A stretch of DNA of 64,000 nt from Hormiphora californensis (taxonomy: Eukaryota > Animalia > Ctenophora): positions 5,332,001 to 5,396,000 of the forward strand of contig CM035356.1 of assembly GCA_020137815.1 (NCBI GenBank), given 5' to 3'. A program made the position numbers and the translations under genes. Shown one piece after another: positions 13,108 through 25,100 of the stretch (position 1 is the first letter of the stretch; the number at the start of each line of letters is the position of its first letter). A model generated the notes under the pieces. It made no database searches and was not told the DNA's origin. It worked only from the letters and a program-made list of their open reading frames with translations.

Positions 13108-16100
13108 ATGGAGGAGTCAAAGAAGCCTCTATCTATGAAACTCTTCTCTACGTGGGAGGGAGAGAGAACCGCAGGACACTGCATCCCACGGTATGTGTAA
13201 TACACATTACTCATTGTGTATATCTCATGTTTTATAGAGTTTCCTTCCTACGGTTAGCATTGTAGCTCCATCGAGATTTACTATCCCCTAATATTTAAAA
13301 TAAAGTTCTTCTTTCTCTAACATTTGTAAATGTGATAATTTTCATCGCAATCTTATTCTCAGGACGTGTACTTTCAAACTACAACGTGTCAAACTAACAA
13401 AACAGTTGGAGGCTGACCTTGGTAACTTGGTCATCTGTGCATCAATTAGTAACGGGGTAAGTCAATTAGTAACTGGGTAAGTCAATTAGTAACGGGGTAA
13501 GTCAATTAGTAACGGGGTAAGTCAATTAGTAACGGGGTAAGTCAATTAGTAACTGGGTAAGTCAATTAGTAACGGGGTAAGTAAATTAGTAACGGGGTAA
13601 GTCAATTAGTAACTGGGTAAGTCTTTATTTGCTTTTCTATATTTTGAGGTCTCTGTATTTAGTCGAGATTGCTTGTTAATGCAGTGGGAATATCTTCTGT
13701 TAAATTGTTGGTATACCCCTAAAATCATTCTTGAACTTACTAACCCAGATTTTTTCCCCGCCCGGGTGAAACATAGCATTATGAAACATAATGCATTTAT
13801 TCTTGTTTTAGAATTTTAGACGCTCATTACGGACTGACGAGATATTTCTAGACGAAGAGAGCGGTGCCGATTTGGATTATTCTTTCTCCTTCCAGGTTAC
13901 CATAACAACCGAGTTTTTTACGGATTATTCTTTAAATTATGTGCAGTGTGCACTGGAGCGAAGAAAATGAAACTCCATTTCGCTCTCTTCCATCTCTCCG
14001 TCTCTTTCTCTCTCTCAATTTCCCTCCATTTCCCTCTATCTATCTCTTTCACCCCCTCACGCTCTACCCATTTTCTCCGCAGTATCCTCACTACCTAAAA
14101 CGGGAGGAGAACACCCTGAAACTAACTCTCCAACGACGGAAGCGGTATGGAAATAGAACCATGCCGGGATATAAGACAGTCGCCAGCGGTCAAATAGATC
14201 TTACCCAGGTATGGAATATATTTTGGGTTTTGGGTAGCTCATACCCGGGTAATGGGTATACCTTGTAGGATTTTATTATGCCTATAAGTTGTACCTGAAA
14301 ACTTATAACACGAGACCGAAGGTCGAGTGTTATAAGTACAACAATAATGATCCGAGACCATAGGTCGAGGCAGATTCTTGTACTTTATTGCACGAGCCTG
14401 CGAGTGCCACTAAGTCTAACTACCTCACGAGCCTGCGAGTGATGTAGTTTTACTTTTTGACCGAGCCTGCGAGGTCTAAAAGTGTAAGAATCTGGGACAT
14501 TATTGTTGACGTCAGGTACAACGAAAATAGGCATAATAAAATTGCATTGTAAAATTTTTTAAACAAGAGTGAGAGACACTTTAGGGCGTAACAATAGAAC
14601 AAATTCATGATAAGGTAGCAGGCAGAGATAAGATAACGCCTGAGATCTATAGGTAAAGAGAGTGAGAGATTAGCGAGAGTGAGAGAGAGATAAAGAATTT
14701 GTGGGTCTGGGAGTTCGTGACTGTTATCTTGATCTCGGTGTTGCAACGGCTTGAGAGTGTGACATAAAGAAAGAGAGAGAGGGAGGGTGTTCGTAAATGC
14801 TTATCTTTCTAACGGTTTTTAAGTGTGACAGTTTTCACTTATAACACCCCCCAGTGTTATAAGTTTTCACTTATAACACTGGGGGGTGTTACAAGTGAAA
14901 ACTTATAACACTGGGCAGTGTTATAAGTTGTACAAGCAGTGATACCTAAAGATTTACAGTATGTTCCAAAATTTTACAATGTTATGTTCTACCCTGCACG
15001 GCGAAATATGCCTCTAGAGGCCTGTTTCGCCGTGCAGGGCGCAGTGAAACAGGGCCGAGCAAGGCAAGGTATACCCAGGTGTGGTGTATACAATATTGTG
15101 GTAGCTATTAATTTTAATTGCTAACATTAATGGACCGTTAATTGGCTTGATGGATACTGTTTTGTACACACAGAATTATGACCTGTGTAAAAATATTAAA
15201 TGCATTTTGTTGTTCCCCGGAACAATAGAGAATTTCTGGAATGTTCTGGTATCTCAAAGTAACACTGTCGAGCACTTTCGCCAGCATCTCTTCACATATC
15301 AAGTTATCTAACATAACAATTTCTCTCTCAGATAATGCAATGCCCGATAGACGAGAAATTAAAGTTGTTTCACAAGGGCGGTGGATTTCAAGTCGCAATG
15401 CTCACCCTTCATCAAGTTTCAAGGTAGCTCGCTCCGAATTTAGTTGTCATTTTACTTCTTCTAAATCAAATCAAAACTAAACTTATTATTATTGATTATT
15501 AAATATCAATTATTAATTTCAGTTTACCCCATGAGAGTATTAGGAACCATCAGCGTCATAGTGGAGAGAATAGTTCTTCAGAGGATGATTACATCTTTCA
15601 CAGTGAGGTAATAATACATGGTGGTCCGTAAATTATGAGTAAGAGGGCGATCCGTAGTGAGGCATTTCAAGAACTTGAGGTGTGCAGTGAGAGAGAGAGA
15701 GAGAGAGACGGTCACAATGACGTATGATTTTACCACCCTTCTAGACAGTACCCCCCCCCCTCCCCCGTCAATGAACCACCCTTCTAGATAGCAACCATCC
15801 CCCCCCCCCCCATTTTATTTTCTAACCACCTCCCCAGGATGACCTGGACTCTGATGGAGAGGAGCAGCGAAATGGGGGTTCATCTAGTAAAAAGAAGAGC
15901 AAAATGTCTGTCAATAATAAAGATGGAAATAAATTAAAGAAGAAGAAATTCACCAGGTAACCACATTAAATTTAGATATAATATTTAATTTTAAATTTAA
16001 TTTAATTTTAAATTAAATTAAATTAAATATTTTGGAATTAAATGTTTTTAAGATCTTCCCTAGCTGCCGTCTCACTTTCTCTTTGACATAATCCTGATCA

Positions 16101-19100
16101 GATCTTATTAATGATAATTATCCATCATTTTTATTTAATTTACAGCCAGATTTACCGGCCCCAACCCTTCCCCTGAGCAGATATACATTTTTAGTTGACA
16201 TGCAGAGAGGGGGAATCCGGAATATCGTAAATCTGGAATTATCGTAATAAAACAATTTAAATCTCTCCTCAGATTTACAGCCCGGGACCTGTTAAGAAAG
16301 ATAAAACTAAATGACGAGAGTAGGGATGATGAGGAAGAGGAAGCAGAGATACCACAGGATCACAGATCAATTAGGTAATTAGTAGTCTAATTACTAACAG
16401 GATCACAGATCAATTAGGTAATTAGTAGTCTATTTACTAACAGGATCACCATAACCAGCTGGTTCTGATTCTACCCCCATTCAGCCTATACCCGGGTACA
16501 TGACCCCATCCCCCACAGCCGATACTGAGTATTCCCCATCCCCCACAGCCGATACTCGGGTACCTAACTCTGTCCCCCTACAGCCGATACTCGGGTACCT
16601 AACTCTGTCCCCCACAGCCGATACTCGGGTACCTAACTCTGTCCCCCACAGCCGATACTCGGGTACCTAACTCTGTCCCCCACAGCCGATACTCGGGTAC
16701 CTAACTCTGTCCCCCACAGCCGATACTCGGGTACCTAACTCTGTCCCCCTACAGCCGATACTCGGGTACCTAACTCTGTCCCCCACAGCCGATACTCGGG
16801 TACCTAACTCTGTCCCCCACAGCCGATACTCGGGTACCTAACTCTGTCCCCCACAGCCGATACTCGGGTACCTAACTCTGTCCCCCACAGCCGATACTCG
16901 GGTACCTAACTCTGTCCCCCACAGCCGATACTCGGGTACCTAACTCTGTCCCCCCACAGCCGATACTCGGGTACCTAACTCTGTCCCCCACAGCCGATAC
17001 TCGGGTACCTAACTCTGTCCCCCTACAGCCGATACTCGGGTACCTAACTCTGTCCCCCACAGCCGATACTCGGGTACCTAACTCTGTCCCCCCACAGCCG
17101 ATACTCGGGTACCTAACTCTGTCCCCCACAGCCGATACTCGGGTACCTAACTCTGTCCCCCACAGCCGATACTCGGGTACCTAACTCTGTCCCCCACAGC
17201 CGATACTCGGGTACCTAACTCTGTCCCCCACAGCCGATACTCGGGTACCTAACTCTGTCCCCCACAGCCGATACTCGGGTACCTAACTCTGTCCCCCACA
17301 GCCGATACTCGGGTACCTAACTCTGTCCCCCACAGCCGATACTCGGGTACCTAACTCTGTCCCCCACAGCCGATACTCGGGTACCTAACTCTGTCCCCCA
17401 CAGCCGATACTCGGGTACCTAACTCTGTCCCCCACAGCCGATACTCGGGTACCTAACTCTGTCCCCCACAGCCGATACTCGGGTACCTAACTCTGTCCCC
17501 CACAGCCGATACTCGGGTACCTAACTCTGTCCCCCACAGCCGATACTCGGGTACCTAACTCTGTCCCCCACAGCCGATACTCGGGTACCTAACTCTGTCC
17601 CCCACAGCCGATACTCGGGTACCTAACTCTGTCCCCCACAGCCGATACTCGGGTACCTAACTCTGTCCCCCACAGCCGATACTCGGGTACCTAACTCTGT
17701 CCCCCACAGCCGATACTCGGGTACCTAACTCTGTCCCCCACAGCCGATACTCGGGTACCTAACTCTGTCCCCCACAGCCGATACTCGGGTACCTAACTCT
17801 GTCCCCCACAGCCGATACTCGGGTACCTAACTCTGTCCCCCACAGCCGATACTCGGGTACCTAACTCTGTCCCCCACAGCCGATACTCGGGTACCTAACT
17901 CTGTCCCCCACAGCCGATACTCGGGTACCTAACTCTGTCCCCCACAGCCGATACTCGGGTACCTAACTCTGTCCCCCACAGCCGATACTCGGGTACCTAA
18001 CTCTGTCCCCCACAGCCGATACTCGGGTACCTAACTCTGTCCCCCACAGCCGATACTCGGGTACCTAACTCTGTCCCCCACAGCCGATACTCGGGTACCT
18101 AACTCTGTCCCCCACAGCCGATACTCGGGTACCTAACTCTGTCCCCCACAGCCGATACTCGGGTACCTAACTCTGTCCCCCACAGCCGATACTCGGGTAC
18201 CTAACTCTGTCCCCCACAGCCGATACTCGGGTACCTAACTCTGTCCCCCACAGCCGATACTCGGGTACCTAACTCTGTCCCCCACAGCCGATACTCGGGT
18301 ACCTAACTCTGTCCCCCACAGCCGATACTCGGGTACCTAACTCTGTCCCCCACAGCCGATACTCGGGTACCTAACTCTGTCCCCCACAGCCGATACTCGG
18401 GTACCTAACTCTGTCCCCCACAGCCGATACTCGGGTACCTAACTCTGTCCCCCACAGCCGATACTCGGGTACCTAACTCTGTCCCCCACAGCCGATACTC
18501 GGGTACCTAACTCTGTCCCCCACAGCCGATACTCGGGTACCTAACTCTGTCCCCCACAGCCGATACTCGGGTACCTAACTCTGTCCCCCACAGCCGATAC
18601 TCGGGTACCTAACTCTGTCCCCCACAGCCGATACTCGGGTACCTAACTCTGTCCCCCCACAGCCGATACTCGGGTACCTAACTCTGTCCCCCACAGCCGA
18701 TACTCGGGTACCTAACTCTGTCCCCCACAGCCGATACTCGGGTACCTAACTCTGTCCCCCACAGCCGATACTCGGGTACCTAACTCTGTCCCCCACAGCC
18801 GATACTCGGGTACCTAACTCTGTCCCCCACAGCCGATACTCGGGTACCTAACTCTGTCCCCCACAGCCGATACTCGGGTACCTAACTCTGTCCCCCACAG
18901 CCGATACTCGGGTACCTAACTCTGTCCCCCACAGCCGATACTCGGGTACCTAACTCTGTCCCCCACAGCCGATACTCGGGTACCTAACTCTGTCCCCCAC
19001 AGCCGATACTCGGGTACCTAACTCTGTCCCCCACAGCCGATACTCGGGTACCTAACTCTGTCCCCCACAGCCGATACTCGGGTACCTAACTCTGTCCCCC

Positions 19101-22100
19101 ACAGCCGATACTCGGGTACCTAACTCTGTCCCCCACAGCCGATACTCGGGTACCTAACTCTGTCCCCCACAGCCGATACTCGGGTACCTAACTCTGTCCC
19201 CCACAGCCGATACTCGGGTACCTAACTCTGTCCCCCACAGCCGATACTCGGGTACCTAACTCTGTCCCCCACAGCCGATACTCGGGTACCTAACTCTGTC
19301 CCCCACAGCCGATACTCGGGTACCTAACTCTGTCCCCCACAGCCGATACTCGGGTACCTAACTCTGTCCCCCACAGCCGATACTCGGGTACCTAACTCTG
19401 TCCCCCACAGCCGATACTCGGGTACCTAACTCTGTCCCCCACAGCCGATACTCGGGTACCTAACTCTGTCCCCCACAGCCGATACTCGGGTACCTAACTC
19501 TGTCCCCCACAGCCGATACTCGGGTACCTAACTCTGTCCCCCACAGCCGATACTCGGGTACCTAACTCTGTCCCCCACAGCCGATACTCGGGTACCTAAC
19601 TCTGTCCCCCACAGCCGATACTCGGGTACCTAACTCTGTCCCCCACAGCCGATACTCGGGTACCTAACTCTGTCCCCCCACAGCCGATACTCGGGTACCT
19701 AACTCTGTCCCCCACAGCCGATACTCGGGTACCTAACTCTGTCCCCCACAGCCGATACTCGGGTACCTAACTCTGTCCCCCACAGCCGATACTCGGGTAC
19801 CTAACTCTGTCCCCCACAGCCGATACTCGGGTACCTAACTCTGTCCCCCACAGCCGATACTCGGGTACCTAACTCTGTCCCCCACAGCCGATACTCGGGT
19901 ACCTAACTCTGTCCCCCACAGCCGATACTCGGGTACCTAACTCTGTCCCCCACAGCCGATACTCGGGTACCTAACTCTGTCCCCCACAGCCGATACTCGG
20001 GTACCTAACTCTGTCCCCCACAGCCGATACTCGGGTACCTAACTCTGTCCCCCACAGCCGATACTCGGGTACCTAACTCTGTCCCCCACAGCCGATACTC
20101 GGGTACCTAACTCTGTCCCCCACAGCCGATACTCGGGTACCTAACTCTGTCCCCCACAGCCGATACTCGGGTACCTAACTCTGTCCCCCACAGCCGATAC
20201 TCGGGTACCTAACTCTGTCCCCCACAGCCGATACTCGGGTACCTAACTCTGTCCCCCACAGCCGATACTCGGGTACCTAACTCTGTCCCCCACAGCCGAT
20301 ACTCGGGTACCTAACTCTGTCCCCCACAGCCGATACTCGGGTACCTAACTCTGTCCCCCACAGCCGATACTCGGGTACCTAACTCTGTCCCCCACAGCCG
20401 ATACTCGGGTACCTAACTCTGTCCCCCACAGCCGATACTCGGGTACCTAACTCTGTCCCCCACAGCCGATACTCGGGTACCTAACTCTGTCCCCCACAGC
20501 CGATACTCGGGTACCTAACTCTGTCCCCCACAGCCGATACTCGGGTACCTAACTCTGTCCCCCACAGCCGATACTCGGGTACCTAACTCTGTCCCCACAG
20601 CCGATACTCGGGTACCTAACTCTGTCCCCCACAGCCGATACTCGGGTACCTAACTCTGTCCCCCACAACCGATACTCGGGTACCTAACTCTGTCCCCCAC
20701 AGCCGATACTCGGGTACCTAACTCTGTCCCCCCACAGGCCGATCTCGGGTACCTAACTCTGTCCCCCACAGCCGATACTCGGTACCTAACTCTGTCCCCA
20801 CACCAGCCACTCGTACCTACTCTGTCCCCACAGCCGATACTCGGTACCACTCTGTCCCCCACAGCGATACTCGGGTACCTACTCTGTCCCCCACAGCCGA
20901 ACTCGGTACCACTCTGTCCCCCACAGCCGATTCGGGTACCTAATCTGTCCCCCACCGATACTCGGGTACTTACTCTGTCCCCTACAGCATACTCGGGTAC
21001 TATCTGTCCCCAAGCCGTACTCGGTCCTAACTCTCCCAACGATACTCGGTACCTACTCTGTCCCCCACCCGTATCGGGTACATCTGTCCCACAGCGTACT
21101 CGGGTACTAACTCTGTCCCCCACAGCTACTCGGTACTCTGTCGTAGGGGACTACTCTGTCCCCCACAGCGATCTCGGGTACCTAACTCTGTCCCCACAGC
21201 CGATACTCGGTACCTCTCTGTCCCCCACAGCCGATACTCGGGTACCTACTCTGCCCCCACAGCCGATACTCGGACCTAACTCTGTCCCCCACAGCCGTAC
21301 TCGGGCCTAACTCTGTCCCCCACAGCCGATACTCGGGTCCAACCTCCCCCCCCAACTCGGGACCTAACTCTGTCCCCACGCACTGTAACCTCTCCTCCCC
21401 ACCCATACTCGGTACCTAACTCTGTCCCCCCAGCCAACTCGGGTACCTAACTCTCCCCACAGCCATCGGGTACCTACTCTTCCCCCACAGCCATACTCGG
21501 TAACCAACTCCCCCCCACAGCCGATACTCGGGTACCTAACTCTGTCCCCCACAGCCGATACTCGGTACCTCTCCCCCATACCACGGGTACCTACTCTAAC
21601 CAACTCGGGCCAATCCCCCACAGCCGATACTCGGGACCTAACTCTGTCCCCCACCGATACTCGGTACCTAACTCTGTCCCCCACAGCCGAACTCGGGTAC
21701 CTACCTGTCCCCCACACCGATACTCGGTACCTAACCTGTCCCCCACGCCATACTCGGGTACCTACTCTGTCCCCCCAGCCGATACGGGTACCTACCTTCC
21801 CCCCGCCGATACTCGGGTACCTAACTCTGTCCCCACAGCATACTCGTACTAATTGTCCCCACAGCCGATACTCGGGTACCTAACTCTGCCCCACAGCCGA
21901 TACTCGGGGTACCACTCGTCCCCCACAGCCGATACTCGGTACCTAACTCTGTCCCCACAGCCGATACTCGGGTACCTAACTCTGTCCCCCACAGCACCGA
22001 TAACTCGGACAAACGGTTCAACCCCACAGCCGATATCGGTACTACTTGTCCCCCAGCCGATTGGTCCTATCTGTCCCCACAGCCATACTCGGGTACCTAA

Positions 22101-25100
22101 CTCTGTCCCCCACAGCCGATACTCGGGTACCTAACTCTGTCCCCCACAGCCGATACTCGGGTACCTAACTCTGTCCCCCACAGCCGATACTCGGGTACCT
22201 AACTCTGTCCCCCACAGCCGATACTCGGGTACCTAACTCTGTCCCCCACAGCCGATACTCGGGTACCTAACTCTGTCCCCCACAGCCGATACTCGGGTAC
22301 CTAACTCTGTCCCCCACAGCCGATACTCGGGTACCTAACTCTGTCCCCCACAGCCGATACTCGGGTACCTAACTCTGTCCCCCACAGCCGATACTCGGGT
22401 ACCTAACTCTGTCCCCCACAGCCGATACTCGGGTACCTAACTCTGTCCCCCACAGCCGATACTCGGGTACCTAACTCTGTCCCCCACAGCCGATACTCGG
22501 GTACCTAACTCTGTCCCCCACAGCCGATACTCGGGTACCTAACTCTGTCCCCCACAGCCGATACTCGGGTACCTAACTCTGTCCCCCACAGCCGATACTC
22601 GGGTACCTAACTCTGTCCCCCACAGCCGATACTCGGGTACCTAACTCTGTCCCCCACAGCCGATACTCGGGTACCTAACTCTGTCCCCCACAGCCGATAC
22701 TCGGGTACCTAACTCTGTCCCCCACAGCCGATACTCGGGTACCTAACTCTGTCCCCCACAGCCGATACTCGGGTACCTAACTCTGTCCCCCACAGCCGAT
22801 ACTCGGGTACCTAACTCTGTCCCCCACAGCCGATACTCGGGTACCTAACTCTGTCCCCCTACAGCCGATACTCGGGTACCTAACTCTGTCCCCCACAGCC
22901 GATACTCGGGTACCTAACTCTGTCCCCCACAGCCGATACTCGGGTACCTAACTCTGTCCCCCACAGCCGATACTCGGGTACCTAACTCTGTCCCCCACAG
23001 CCGATACTCGGGTACCTAACTCTGTCCCCCACAGCCGATACTCGGGTACCTAACTCTGTCCCCCACAGCCGATACTCGGGTACCTAACTCTGTCCCCCAC
23101 AGCCGATACTCGGGTACCTAACTCTGTCCCCCACAGCCGATACTCGGGTACCTAACTCTGTCCCCCACAGCCGATACTCGGGTACCTAACTCTGTCCCCC
23201 ACAGCCGATACTCGGGTACCTAACTCTGTCCCCCACAGCCGATACTCGGGTACCTAACTCTGTCCCCCACAGCCGATACTCGGGTACCTAACTCTGTCCC
23301 CCACAGCCGATACTCGGGTACCTAACTCTGTCCCCCACAGCCGATACTCGGGTACCTAACTCTGTCCCCCACAGCCGATACTCGGGTACCTAACTCTGTC
23401 CCCCACAGCCGATACTCGGGTACCTAACTCTGTCCCCCACAGCCGATACTCGGGTACCTAACTCTGTCCCCCACAGCCGATACTCGGGTACCTAACTCTG
23501 TCCCCCACAGCCGATACTCGGGTACCTAACTCTGTCCCCCACAGCCGATACTCGGGTACCTAACTCTGTCCCCCACAGCCGATACTCGGGTACCTAACTC
23601 TGTCCCCCACAGCCGATACTCGGGTACCTAACTCTGTCCCCCACAGCCGATACTCGGGTACCTAACTCTGTCCCCCACAGCCGATACTCGGGTACCTAAC
23701 TCTGTCCCCCACAGCCGATACTCGGGTACCTAACTCTGTCCCCCACAGCCGATACTCGGGTACCTAACTCTGTCCCCCACAGCCGATACTCGGGTACCTA
23801 ACTCTGTCCCCCACAGCCGATACTCGGGTACCTAACTCTGTCCCCCACAGCCGATACTCGGGTACCTAACTCTGTCCCCCACAGCCGATACTCGGGTACC
23901 TAACTCTGTCCCCCACAGCCGATACTCGGGTACCTAACTCTGTCCCCCACAGCCGATACTCGGGTACCTAACTCTGTCCCCCACAGCCGATACTCGGGTA
24001 CCTAACTCTGTCCCCCACAGCCGATACTCGGGTACCTAACTCTGTCCCCCACAGCCGATACTCGGGTACCTAACTCTGTCCCCCACAGCCGATACTCGGG
24101 TACCTAACTCTGTCCCCCACAGCCGATACTCGGGTACCTAACTCTGTCCCCCACAGCCGATACTCGGGTACCTAACTCTGTCCCCCACAGCCGATACTCG
24201 GGTACCTAACTCTGTCCCCCACAGCCGATACTCGGGTACCTAACTCTGTCCCCCACAGCCGATACTCGGGTACCTAACTCTGTCCCCCACAGCCGATACT
24301 CGGGTACCTAACTCTGTCCCCCACAGCCGATACTCGGGTACCTAACTCTGTCCCCCACAGCCGATACTCGGGTACCTAACTCTGTCCCCCACAGCCGATA
24401 CTCGGGTACCTAACTCTGTCCCCCACAGCCGATACTCGGGTACCTAACTCTGTCCCCCACAGCCGATACTCGGGTACCTAACTCTGTCCCCCACAGCCGA
24501 TACTCGGGTACCTAACTCTGTCCCCCACAGCCGATACTCGGGTACCTAACTCTGTCCCCCACAGCCGATACTCGGGTACCTAACTCTGTCCCCCACAGCC
24601 GATACTCGGGTACCTAACTCTGTCCCCCACAGCCGATACTCGGGTACCTAACTCTGTCCCCCACAGCCGATACTCGGGTACCTAACTCTGTCCCCCACAG
24701 CCGATACTCGGGTACCTAACTCTGTCCCCCACAGCCGATACTCGGGTACCTAACTCTGTCCCCCACAGCCGATACTCGGGTACCTAACTCTGTCCCCCAC
24801 AGCCGATACTCGGGTACCTAACTCTGTCCCCCACAGCCGATACTCGGGTACCTAACTCTGTCCCCCACAGCCGATACTCGGGTACCTAACTCTGTCCCCC
24901 ACAGCCGATACTCGGGTACCTAACTCTGTCCCCCACAGCCGATACTCGGGTACCTAACTCTGTCCCCCACAGCCGATACTCGGGTACCTAACTCTGTCCC
25001 CCACAGCCGATACTCGGGTACCTAACTCTGTCCCCCCACAGCCGATACTCGGGTACCTAACTCTGTCCCCCACAGCCGATACTCGGGTACCTAACTCTGT

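Noticed and set aside
15138-15398. 86-aa minus-strand ORF
   Set aside because: It overlaps PACS exon 5 on the opposite strand and I recognised no homology.
20580-22090. Degenerate core of the 34-bp array as an ancient or coding segment
   Set aside because: The changes are scattered, deletion-dominated and not shared between units, which is typical of unpolished long-read consensus. This also makes the array length uncertain.
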